From Geosiphon pyriformis uo1 (Eukaryota > Fungi > Glomeromycota): a DNA stretch of 64,000 nt. The DNA is taken from NCBI GenBank assembly GCA_016748015.1, contig JAAOMT010000684.1:62001-126000 (forward strand), given 5' to 3'. Positions 14,116 through 26,625 of this stretch are shown piece after piece (the first letter of the stretch is position 1; each line of letters starts with the position of its first letter). The notes below the pieces were generated by a model. The model saw nothing but the letters and a program-made list of their open reading frames with translations. It had not been told where the DNA came from and ran no database searches. Both the position numbers and the translations under genes were made by a program.

Positions 14116-15389
14116 CGCAGAGAATTATTTGATGTGGGGATCTAGAGTATAGGAAATAAAGGAATTATGATAATACATTAAAAAAAATTTATTGAGATAG
14201 TGTTATGGAGAAACAGCATATGAGAAAAGTCATTTTAAGTAGAAAATTTTTGAGAACCCTCTTCCATCTTTATTGTAAATTAATATTTTAAGCCATGCTC
14301 ATTTTTGAGATATGGCGTTGCTCTCTTAATAAAAAGTCTAAACTATAAATTTCCATCTTAAAAAATATAATTTTTGCATATTAATTTTAGAGAGTTAAAA
14401 ATTTAAAGAACCAGATTATAGGGAACTCAATTTCTAATCAAAAAGACTTTATAATCGAAATCAATATGAATTGATCAGACCTAAAAAAATTTTGCCGCTT
14501 TTGTTTGTAGTTATATTTAGGGATATTTGCAAATTCTGAAGTTTTTAAACATGATGAAGAGATTCGATATTTGGAAGACATCTAGTAAACGTTCTTAAGA
14601 GAGAGAGATAGATTAAGCCTGGTTTTCTACAAATTCACTTTTTTTGAAATGCTTTCAGATGATATAAACTCCTAAAAATATCGTGGATAATTTGAATTAA
14701 AACAACTTTTCAAGAGGGAAAGGGTCAGGGTTTTTAAGATAAATATTGCTTAGTCTTGCCGAAAAAGTAAAGAAATATATAGCCTTTTTAAAGGTAGAAA
14801 AAGGTAGTCATACTCTTCAGATTTTTAAAATTTTATTTCAAGAGGATCTTTTCCGCTTTCAATATTGAGGTAGTTACTATTAATCAATCGATTTTTAAGA
14901 TTTGATCTTCAAAAAATACTAATCGGTGTTTAAAACAGACAACAAAAATCTTGGAGTACAGATCGCCCATTTCTTTGCTCTTCAAAGAACACAATTGAAA
15001 AATGACAATAGCAAATCAAAAGTTTTTGGACAAGATAATGCATAAAAATTCCGGTATACAGATGTTATACCTAATAGCCTTACTGATAATTGTGATTAGG
15101 TAGATTTTACCAGTGTTGTTGTATTATATAAAAGTGGCATTTTTCGGTGATACATACTAGCAATTGCGTCTTTTTCAAGTTTCGTGCATTAATCAACATT
15201 TAAGACTACGTCACGCGTTTGTCATTCAAAAAGTGTAACATGGAAAGATAATAATTTGGTGAGGTAAAAAATTTTGGCTAGTGAGAGTTCTTGTATTCCT
15301 AAAGAAGTTGGCAGATGACCATTGTGTGAAAAATCCTTTTAAAAAACGAAATCGATGAAAAATCTTGAGAGGGGTAATTGTTAAACAGC

Positions 15390-15420
<31 letters not shown>
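15390..15420. repeat. (AAT)10 microsatellite
   Basis: Direct reading; it explains the spurious poly-Y and poly-L ORFs at 15226-15484. Confidence 0.95.
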
Positions 15421-15974
15421 GAAGACTGCGTCGAACTTGATAAAAGACTGTTTTAACAATGTTAAAAAATTTTATGGGGCGCAAAACACTTTATAAGCAT
15501 CAATAATAGCTAGAGTGGTAGGAAACAAAAAGAAGTTGCAGGAAGAAACAAAAATTGTTGAAGAAAATAAATTTTTATCAATTGAAAGAAAAGCCAAAAG
15601 TTTAATAATCAAAGCACTTGGGAACAAACCTATCAACTGTTAGATCAAAAGGCAATCGAGGAAGTTTCGATGCGTGTCAACGGCAAATCTCCTACTTTTG
15701 ACTTTTTCTCAACAATCAGGGTGAAATCGAATTGAAATATTTCTGACATTTAACGGAGCAAATGGCAGAGACATAAATGAGAAGTGGCACGTTTTAAGCG
15801 ATTAATTGAAAACGAAACAAGTTTCTTATTCTATGCCTATCTTCTCTTTACGAGCTTTTTGATTTCCCCTTTCAATTCTAACGAAATTTTAGATTTTTTG
15901 ATTCAAGACTTTTAATTTTGAACAGTTTTATAAAAATTAGTAACGCATTCATAGATTTTCAACTAAATAGAATA

Positions 15975-17260
15975 ATGGCTATTAATACCCGTCCAACAAT
16001 ATTATCAACATCTTCCTCCTCATTCTCATCGTCACAGCCCCCGAGCAGATCTCAAGCAGATGAACGAGAATATCCTGTTCGTAGAACTCGTCGGACAGGT
16101 CCTTGGGAACGTGAGGTTTGTTATCGAAATTTAACTTAAAAGTAACGTTAAAGATAAAATGGTTTGAAAATTCATAAATTCTAATAGGAGGATAAGTTGT
16201 TATGCGAATTGGTGAAAGAAATGGGAACAAAGTTTTGGAAAGCCATAGGTATCAGGCATGGTTGGCGAGACGGAAAGCAATGTCGTGAAAGGTAAAATAA
16301 ATTCTCAAAATTTCTTTTGTCGAATAGCTTCAAACAATTTTATTTTGAAAGCTGTAATAAAAAATTTTGTTCAATATTAGATGGGCAAATCACTTGGATA
16401 AAAAACGTGAGTAAAATTGTAGAGATTCTTTTCAAGCTAAATTTTTATTGAAAGTTTCTTTCATTTTTACAGTTAATTACCGACCCCTTACATCGAACGA
16501 TGACCAACAAATCTTAGCATTGTATGAAGAATTTGGTACCAAATGGGCCTTAATGAGCAAAAAAATGGGCCGCCCAGCAAACATGATCAAGAACAGATAT
16601 TATTCATTTTTGTGTAAAAAACATGTCCATCGCCACACCGATATAAATTTTCAAAATGGTGATGAAATAAGTGATAACAGCAATAAACAAAAAAATAATC
16701 TATCCAATTCCAAACATACTTATTGCACATCTTCGACTTCAATTAAAGTTCATCCTATTTATCGACGATCAACAGAGAAAAGTAAGCTATCTATTGTGAA
16801 TTTTGTCTTTTAAAATTTAAACTTTCCACCATTTAACAGATAATTAATTCTTTAAACAAGGGAACAAAAACAGAGCCAAACTCGAACATCATTTAAGTAC
16901 GAACATATTAACCCCTCCACTCAGTCCAACTGTGTCAGCTCAAGGAATGTCAAACCTACCCGAAAAGTTTCCCATCAATTACCAGAAAAATAATAAAACC
17001 AATTATTTCATATCTGAATCTTGTAATAATTTAGTAGTCAGCAGATGGATGGCTTTAGAACAACTAGCAGAACTTGCTTTAGGCACTGAAATTCCAAAAA
17101 CAAGGTTAGTTGGTTTTAACTTCTTGATCTAACATCTTTGTTTCTTATTATTTACTCCTTAAAAAAAATTTTTTAATAACTCAGTAAGCCGACTGAATTT
17201 GAAAACCACTTTCAAGAAAGGAGAGAAAATGTGATGTCAGTTGTATCACTATTAAATTAG
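15975..17260 (+). CDS. Two-repeat Myb/SANT transcription factor, 6 exons
   Basis: Exons 15975-16115, 16188-16291, 16381-16406, 16473-~16781, 16861-17104 and ~17185-17260. The splice gives GPWEREEDKLLCELVKEMGTKFWKAIG..RDGKQCRERWANHL and DDQQILALYEEFGTKWALMSKKMGRPANMIKNRYY. Confidence 0.9.
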
Positions 17261-19264
17261 AAATACTCTATCACTTTATTGTCATTTAAATCAATCTTTG
17301 CAAATTAATGCTGGACATTAAATTTTCAGATTTTTTTTACCTTAGGCAAATTCATTATCTTTTATTAATGGACCAATTAGAAATATGTCGGTGGTATAAT
17401 TTTTGTAATTTTGATTCAAATTTAATGAACACAATTTTTTCCTTAATATAATACTAAATTAGAAGTAAAGTATATAATATTAGAAAGTTTAAATTTGAAT
17501 AAGAAAATAATTGACCTTATTAAAAATTTAGTGATATATTGTAAATTTTTTAATTTATCAATAGCGAAGTTAAAAAATGACGCTAAGTTCAAAAATTTAA
17601 TTTAATGATGAAAGCTTATAATATATATAACATATTTTTAAGGTTTTCAAATAGGAATATTTAGACTGTAAAGATTAAAAACATTTTTGTAGCTAAAAAA
17701 TATATAAAAATATAGGCTGTGTTTGAGTAAACCAATATTGTCATCGTCTTACCGAGGAGGAAAAAAAATCTGATGCGTGAGTTTCTCGAAACGTTTTACT
17801 ATAATGGATCCAATTGAATTCCTCTTTTGATGATTTATTATATTTTTTGATTTCAATTTTCAAATTTTTTTATTAAAGTTTTTGGAATTCATATCTGGTA
17901 AACTCATCCTGAATAAATGGTCTGTGCTAGAAGGCTTTAATTTCTTTCTTGGATTTAGATTCTAGTCCTCATATCGGGATGTTTAAGTAATGCTCTCCTC
18001 AATAATACATATACAGAAGGAATTGATGGACTTGAATTTCATAATCCAAAATACAGATAGCCCGGGAAATATTCTTTTCACATGAAAAAGAATAACAAGA
18101 CACCTCGTAACAGTATATATATATAATAGATTCACGTTGTTTTACTAAACGAAACTTTTTTCAAGATAAATCTCCCTAAGAAAGGATTTGATTCACATTC
18201 ATTAATTATTCCACCACAATGAACACATACTGGATTATTGCATCAAATATCATTCTTCATTTCTATTGAATTGACACCAATGATCCACCCTCGCCAAATA
18301 CAATCTTCCCAAAAATAAGATCTTTAACTTCATAGAATGAAGATTTTAAGGTATCTTATAAAATGAAATGAAAATTTTTATATTAAACTTTAAACCCAAA
18401 TATTTCAATAATTTACAGTTGTAATAGGTTTATTAAGGCTTTTGGCTGAAAAAACTTGGGCCACCTTTAAATCACCGTAAGCGTTATTGAAATCTTGAAA
18501 ATTATTTTGTAATTGGCAACATTCAAGGGCGAGAAAGGATTGGTCGGTAAATCTGGAGGGTTTTTCTTCAAATCTCCATCTGACGAAATAGGGATTGATT
18601 TTAACTCTTTTGGTTTGAATAATGGTGACTATATATGCATTATCTTACAAATAAAAATGGTTTAGTCAATCCCCCAAATGTATCAACTATCACATGTAAA
18701 AATATCGAAGGTATTTATAAAAATTTTTGACTGGAGACGAAAAGAATCAACTCAACTTTCTATACCCACAAATTTTATTGAGATCGTTTAGAAAGATTTG
18801 GGTTTATTGCTCTCAATATTCTGAGCTGGAAAAGAAAATTCCAACTGGATCGTATCGTTGGTATCAAATGACACAAGAAATAACAATTTACGAGAAAAAT
18901 ATCCAAAGACTTTGGTTGTTGACTCGATATATATCAAATTTAGTAATCAATTCCCACCACACCTATGATCGATGCCATTACAAGTATCCCTTTAAGACTA
19001 GGAAACTTGGATCGTTTTCAATATAGAAATTGGAAATGTTCCAATTTTGTCGATTAACTTGGATCAATTTAATCGACTAACCGTGCTTTCCTTGGATATT
19101 TCATAAATTCAAATAGGTCCAACGAACAAATTTTCTTAAACTGATTAGTGAATGTGAAATATTCACCTTTACGACCTCAAACTTTTTCCTTGTCTCTAAT
19201 GATCATCGTAGATGGGACAATGTAGAATATCGGAAAAAAGGAAATGACATTTATCAAAAAATGT

Positions 19265-20450
19265 CCAATAAATAACTTAAATCATTGCTGTAATTTGATA
19301 TTAAGTTTCAGCAAGATATTTATCACACTATTCCTCGGATGGATCAATAATAGGCAATACTAAGCATAACTACTATTTCATGAATGATCTACGGAGAGAA
19401 TCAAGGCTCCATAAAGCAATGCCCAAAAAAAATTCCTCGAACGCGATCCTACAATTTCGGCATTTATACATCTTGGATCCTCCGATTTTTTGGATGTTTC
19501 CAAGTCTTGAATATATAAGCTTCATTTTGAATGATAACACAAACTCCCAATTCCTCCGCTTTGGCCATTAGACGTTGTCGAAATTGATAATGTGTTCAGC
19601 CGAGCATGTTTTGAACTGTTTTTGTGTAATCTTCCTCATTTTTAGTTTATTATACTCAATATCTCGAAAGGAGGAATAATAATGACATCAAATTCATGAG
19701 TGAAAAAGCAATAGTCTTTCTATGGATTTCGTTTTGCAAACATTTAATTTTTCGTCAAATACATGCTACTACTTTGTCAAGTCTTTTAGCCTTCTTCTTT
19801 TGCATCTGGAAGTTGATTGTACCAATTGTCTTTTTGTGACATTAAATTGTCTATGTAGATGCAAATTTCAGCAATACGTCCAATATCTTGCTGGGAAGCA
19901 GAATTTTCAATATTTTGCCCTACTTCTCAAATCGTGCTGAGTCAATTATATTTTGGGCTAGCTGTGTAAACTTATTCATAGAAAATTTCTTGCAATTACT
20001 CCTTCCGTTAAATGACGATAATTGTTAGTATATAATTATTGTGGAATTCGCACAATAAATTTCTAAAATTTTTATCCGTTTTGCATCAACTTTTTCTCAG
20101 TCTTTACCTCAATGCTGTATTAGAAACGTTCGATATAAATCTAACAAAAATAAGATGTCAATATGGGATTTTCACCAAGACATTTCAGAATATGTCATAT
20201 TCATTTTCACTCTATAAAATTATTCTTCTATGAGAGTCTCTTTCACTATGAAATAGATAAAAATTTTTGACTACTGTTGTCATTATTTTTGTGTTTTTTT
20301 CTTAATTTTTAACTCTTGAACCATTTTTAATTGCTAATTCAAACTATATACCTATTTAAATGTTTGACATGTTTTTTTTATCTTGATACACGAAGATGTA
20401 ACATTGAAAATTTGTAATATACAGGTATCTATTCTTGGTGTATAAGATTT
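19265..20450 (-). mobile_element. Fossil IS607-like element (TnpA serine recombinase scrap + Fanzor2/TnpB + putative right end)
   Basis: Just upstream of the tnpB remnant, 20440-20385 reads HQE*IP/ILQIFNVTSSCI, resembling the C-terminal QELxxDILxIxxVFSxR helix of IS607 TnpA. Boundaries are approximate. Confidence 0.6.
19378..20283 (-). pseudogene. tnpB: Degraded Fanzor2 / IS607-type TnpB RNA-guided nuclease
   Basis: Minus-strand translation across stops and frameshifts: QDIGRIAEICIYIDNLMS / KKKAKRLDKVVACI*RKIKCLQNEIHRKTIAF / HEFDVIIIPPFE / RKIT / TVQNMLG*THYQFRQRLMAKAEELGVCVIIQNEAYIFKT / GNIQKIGGSKMYKCRNCR / VRGIF / ALLYGAL. The blocks are colinear with IS607-TnpB/Fanzor2 motifs. RuvC-I (ALDPG) and the RD of RuvC-III were not found and appear deleted. 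Confidence 0.85.
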
Positions 20451-21415
20451 TTAATTTAAAATTCTTTGCAGTTATGAAATAAAATAAAATAAAATAAAAT
20501 TTTTAGAAATTATTAATTAAGCTTCCAAAGTTATCCAACAAAAATTATGATTTTAAATTCATTCTTTATGCTATAAACAAATTTTCAATGACACCATGGT
20601 TTTTATTTGTAGACTTTAATCCAAACTAAATTAAAATTTCATTTTTTATAACTTTGAATGGAAACATTATCAAAACTTTAATTAAACAAGAATCATTTGA
20701 AAGTCAAGTATTATATATATCAGGGTGGTTACATACCTAAGGAACTATCATACCCATTCCATCGAATAGAGATTCTTTATTCAACCAAGTTTTGATTATC
20801 TAGGTCCATTGCTAAACATCAACGTTCTTTTCATTGGAATTTGAAAAGCCCTTTTAAAGTCAAGTGATCTTTTGATTAAACTAATTTTGTGAACACAATA
20901 AAGTTTTAAATTATATAAAATTCATTTGTGATGGTATAAAAGTTTGAATCAGCGAATTATTAAATCTCAAGACAGTGAAGACTAATGATTGATAATTTCG
21001 AATTGAAAAAACTTGGAATTTCTATAATGTCCTGGATCCTTTATTTCTAAGTCTTTTATTTTGATACAATTTAAAATTGTTCTATCGAACACAAAAGGAC
21101 CAAATATAAACCCGGAATACTTTGCCTTTTCTATTCATTGAAGATAGTCAATGAAAATTCTAAATTCTAAATATACTAAAAGTTTATAATTACAAAATAT
21201 TTAATAATTCATTATAATTATCGATCTTGATATAATCTAAATTTTTTCTTTACAATACATTAAGAATACAAAGTGAAACGTGGTATCTATGATTTTTAGT
21301 GAAGGTAATATTTTAGAAAGACGAATAGGTTATAAAAAATGAATGCAATAGATTATTATGCATCCTGGAAGATAGTATTCGAATACGACCTGCTTTTAAG
21401 CCTTTCCAGGGTATT

Positions 21416-24400
21416 TCAATGACTTGACATCACCGTTGGGACCTTTTCGCCCAAATCCTGTTCTCGAACCATTTCGAAATAGATTCCTTTTTGAGCTAAA
21501 AGTTCTTGATGTGTTCCTTTTTCAGCAACTACACCTTCCTGTATTACAAAGATCACATCGGCATGCTGAATGGTTGAAAGACGATGAGCAATTGCTAAGG
21601 TAGTACGACCTTTAGCGGCAACATCAAGTGCTTTTTGAACAACCTTCTCTGATTCTGAATCAAGAGCTGATGTTGCTTCATCTAACAATAAAATCTTTGG
21701 ATTTCGTATTAAGGCGCGAGCTATGGCAACTCTATCATGTAGGAAAAATACAGTTAATTAATAAAGGCTTCGAAACATATATTAATCGAAAAAAATGCTT
21801 CCTATAAAAACCTTTGTTTTTGCCCTCCTGATAATTGAGATCCCTTCCCACCAACACGGGTTTCATACCCATCCGGTAAACCTATGATAAAATCATGAAT
21901 GTTCGCTTCACGACATGCCTTCTCAACTTCTTCTTGGGTAGGATTTTGCCCGGGTCGTACACCAAAGATGACGTTTTCTTTGATTGTCATGTCATATAAC
22001 GAAGGTTCTTGACTCACCAGGGCAATGTGTTCACGAAGACTGTTAACATTCAAAGTACTAATGTCAACACCATCGATTTCAACCTTTCCCAAAGTTGTAG
22101 AGTAAAACCTTTCCGTTAAAGCAATCGTGGTGCTCTTGCCACAACCGGAAGGACCAACTAAAGCAGCGTATTGCCCAGGTTTTACTTCAAGGCTTAAGCC
22201 GCGTAGTACAGAAACATGTGGCCGAGTTGGGTAGCGGAAATGAACATCATCAAATTTGATATAGCCCTCTACTTTTTCAAGTTTCTGACCAGAATTTGAC
22301 CAAGTATCGATCAAAGGAATACGTTCGAGCAAGGCCATGATAGCAGCAGCTGAAGATTTTGCCTTTGCTATATCAGGTGCATAAGCGAAGACACGTCCTG
22401 CCGACATAGAACCGAAAATAATCGCCATAAAAACCGTAAACATCATTCGGAGATCATATTCACCATTCATAAACTACGAAGGCACAATGGGTTTATTGGG
22501 AGTTTTGAGAAAGTCAATTTTCAATTATTTGCAAAATCATATACTTACCAATCTACTTCCATACCAGAAGGCTAAAGCAGTGGTCAAGAAATTGACACAT
22601 TGGGAGGCCGCATAAATTAAGGATGAAACAAAAGCATTTTTGAAACCTTCCTTCATAGGACCGTCCAAATGGTTATGATAAAGGTTCGAAATATCTTCTT
22701 CACGAGTGAGAGCAGCTACAGTTCGAATATTTGCAGCACCTTCACAAGCAATTTCAGCGGACTTCTCATAAGCTTTTTTAGTCTTTGCTTGAAAACCATT
22801 TAACATTTTCATTCGCAAAGAACCAGACCCAATCATCAGAGGAATACAACACATGCAGACCAAGGCTAGTTTCCATCCAACGGATAATGCAACAATAAAG
22901 CCAACCACAAGAGTAGTGGAAACTTGTAAAATAGAGCCGAAGGTGATACCAGCAAGACCGTTGACTTGGGTAGCGTCAAGAGACAATGCAGCGGTGAGGG
23001 CACCAACACTGTGACGCTCCTCGTCAAAAAAAGCAATATCTTGACGCAAGATTGCAGCAAATGACATTGATCTGATTCGAAGGGTTAAGCCTTCGCCGGA
23101 AAATCCAAATGCAATACCTTGGACGGTATTGGCTATCAGAGTAGCAACGGCAATTACGACTATAAAAACAAAATTTATTGACGGGTAATTAACTCAAGTT
23201 TTGTAAAAGCAAATTGCAAGTCATGGAGCATACCGAACATGAGCGACCAAAAATTTGCATCGTGGCGAAGTCGATCTCCAGTTTTGGCAAAAGACTCGAT
23301 AATTTTCGAAAAAATGATTGCAAATATTGGATAGATAACACCCGATACTGCTGCAGCTAATAAGCCGAATAAAATCAAAGGAATTTCGGGTCGATTGATT
23401 ATAGTCACTTTCTTAAATAATTCCCAAGTAGTGTATTGCTCTTCTTGTTTAATACTGGCCTCAAGGTCTGCATTACGTTTACGAATAATAGCAGATGAAG
23501 CTGACAGTTTTGTTGAGAGACGACCAATTTTTAAGTCCTCTTCTGGTATCATTTCGTCCTCTACTTTCCGTGAAATCAAAAGCACATCTTCATCCTCGGG
23601 AGGTATAAATGAAGTACTGGGTTCTTGTGGCTTTTGATTAGCGGTTTGAATTTGTTGAGCTTCGACCAGTCTTGAGTAAGCACCTTTTTTAACCATCAGT
23701 TCATCGTGAGTGCCAATTTCAACAATAATACCTTTTGCCATTACTACTATTTTCGTCGCATTGCGAATGGTTGACATACGATGGGCGATCACAATCGTAG
23801 TTCGATTCTGAGAGGCCTTGTCTAGAGCATCCTGAACAATTCCTTCGCTTTGAGTATCTAGAGCACTTGTTGCCTCATCGAGTAAAAGTATTTGTGGATC
23901 TTTCACAATGGCTCTTGCAATCGCAATACGTTGCTTTTGACCACCAGATAGTAAAAAGCCTCGCTCACCAACCATTGTTTCGTATTTATTGGGCAATTTC
24001 ATAACAAAATCATGAGCATTCGCCATTTTGCAGGCCCGTTCAACCATTACACGTTGCTTTTCTTCTGGGATGTTTTCATACTGGGAGCCAATCAAACCGT
24101 GTGCAATGTTTTCATAAATACTAGTATTGAATAAAATTGGTTCTTGTCCGACTAATCCTATTTGACGACGCAGCCATTTGATATTGTAACTCTCAATGTC
24201 TTTTCCGTCAAAGAGAATTTGTCCCTCGATTGGATTGTAGAAACGAAGTATTAGCGAAACGATGGTACCTGAGAAACTAAAATTAATTAAATAGAACAAA
24301 AAATCTAATGCAGATAGGAGCAAGTGATTAAGAAATTAAAGATAGGCTTACTTTTTCCTGATCCTGAAGTACCCACCAAAGCCACTGTCGTACCTGCCTC

Positions 24401-26088
24401 AATATCGAGACTAATATTATCTAATGTTAGAACCTCTGGTCTAGCAGGATAAACGAAAGAAACGTTTCTTAAAGAAATTCTTCCTTCAACTTTATCTTTT
24501 TTTTGGCCAGCTTCTGAAGCAGAGTCAATTGGTGGCACGCGATTGATAGTTTCAAAAATTTTAGCACCAGCCGCTGTAGCGTTACTGAAGGCTTGAATAT
24601 CAGGTGCTACATTTCCAAGAGCAAATGTACCGATAAGCACTGCAAAGAAAACATTAACAACCTTAAATAAGAATAAAATTATTAGATTCTGCATTAAGTT
24701 TGGATTGGATTAATCTAATAGGAAAAAGATGAACTACCTTTCCAGAAGATATTTCATTATTAAGAATTAATGTTCCTCCATAATAAAATGCCAAACCATA
24801 CGTGCAATACATGAAAAAAAAGGTAATACCAAGGCCTCCAGCACTTATAACAGATTTCTTAATTGCTTCCCTGTTCATGGTGAGTTCAAAATCAGTATTT
24901 TCTTTTATTTCTCAATATTGCCAAATAAATATGAGAAAAGCACCTCTTTGCATCATGTAAATGACGATTATAAAGAGCCGATAACTTCTTTTGGGTTCCA
25001 AAGGCGACGGCTGTTCGAATAGTAGAAAGAACTTCTTCAGCAAGTGTCCCCGAGATTGAATAATGTTGCAGACTTTTCCTAGAATAGATCGCGGAAAATT
25101 TATTCATAATGGTTGTTGTAACGACAATGAGTGGGAGGAGGCAGCTAATAACCAGAGTCATCTTCCAACTTTTAGTGAATGCGATAACGTAGGCTGAAAC
25201 AAATTGAGAAAAGTACTAAAAAAGTGAAGTATCGGCATGATGAATTTTAATTTGACAGCAATCATTGAAATGAAAAATGATATCAGAAATTGACTTACCG
25301 AGAAAGCCAGCGTTACTTTTTCGCTGATACCATCTTGGATCAAATGAGTTTCAGAAGTGATACGGGTTGTAACCTCACCGGCACCAAGCTTGTCAAAATA
25401 TGCGATATTTTGGCGAAGGACTGCTCGAAGGTAGTTTTCACGAATTTTGCGAGTTAACCTGTTTGGATTTAGACTATTAAAAAAAAATTTTAATTTAAAA
25501 ATGATTCTCGTAAAAAGGGAAAACTTACTTTTCACCGACATAAACCCATGTCGACATGTAAATGTAGGTCGAGAAGAATGTAATTATGGCGAGATAAATG
25601 TAAAATAGGGAAAAGAAATTGACGCGACTTTGAAAATGATCTCGGGTAATTTCTCGTTTTTGAAAGTTTGTAAATTCATCAACCATTTGTCCAAATAAAA
25701 CAGTTGTAAGCGGCTGACAAATAAATTGAAATGTGATTTGATTAAATATTTCCAAGAACGTGGTTTAGCTCAGGAAACAGTTTTTCAAAATATTCACCAT
25801 TGAAGCACCAGCGACTCCGGCAAAAATGAATCCAATAATCATCAAAAACCAGTCTCTACGTGTTGCATATTTGAATAATTGACTATAAGTCGCTGGTGTA
25901 GGGTTAAGTTTAACCTGATCTTCTAAAATTTTTCGACTTTCTTCAGACAGATGTAATAGGATTGGCTCTTCTAAGTGAATTCTGGTTTCAGTTTTTAATT
26001 GGGATGCCTGATTATCATCGCTATTAATGTCACTTTCAGATAGTATTACATGGCCTTTTGAGCCTTCTTTAGGATCGATTTGTGACAT
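21416..26088 (-). CDS. MDR1: Full-length ABCB (MDR1/P-glycoprotein-type) transporter, multi-exon
   Basis: TMD-NBD-TMD-NBD layout. Walker A GTSGSGKS and [12 protein letters not shown] signature LSGGQKQR twice, Walker [12 protein letters not shown] twice, H-loop IAHR twice. ORF-track fragments join at GT..AG introns. Confidence 0.96.
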
Positions 26089-26541
26089 TATGAATAAAAA
26101 TATCGAACTTCCAAATATAAATTTTCTAATGGAAAAATTCTTTTGGTGTCAATTATATATAAAAATTTTCGGCAATGAAAGGTTCCGGCAATTTTCTCTA
26201 TTTGGGTATAATAGGACTGTACAGCATTATTTTAGCCGATCGCGATTAAGTGCGAAACCGATGTCACTGACCGCCGAATCAAAATAAAAGGTGAATTTTT
26301 TATTGAGAGATATTCACTTTAATGTAGCTTCCATTACATCATTCAAGATCTCATATCAGTATATAGGGCTCGGTATAGAGCGCCAAATTACCTTGGACCG
26401 TAAGTTTCCCCCTCCTCCGATGAAAATTTTCTTAGTGAATTGGCTCCGGAATATTATTTAGGGTGGGATTTTTGAGATGAATGTTGGTCATCCTCTAACA
26501 AAGAAAGGGTTTTTGATTTTTTAGTAGTATCATACACCTAC

Positions 26542-26625
26542 CATATCGAGAAATTTCAAATTAAATTAACAGATCCATTGTTGCATATCGAGAAATTTCA
26601 AATTAAATTAACAGATCCATTGTTG
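26542..26625. repeat. Perfect 42-bp tandem duplication in the divergent MDR1/SWIRM intergenic region
   Basis: catatcgagaaatttcaaattaaattaacagatccattgttg at 26542-26583 and again at 26584-26625, no mismatches. Confidence 0.97.

Noticed and set aside
15226-15484. Poly-Tyr and poly-Leu ORFs, and most other 60-110 aa ORF-track entries
   Set aside because: Microsatellite translations, antisense or off-frame shadows of real exons, or chance ORFs in AT-rich DNA.
18130-18640. Open stretches on the minus strand (IVTIIQTKRVKINPYF...; NNPVCVHCGG...)
   Set aside because: Could not build a consistent start, splice and stop model or recognise a family; possibly a pseudogene.
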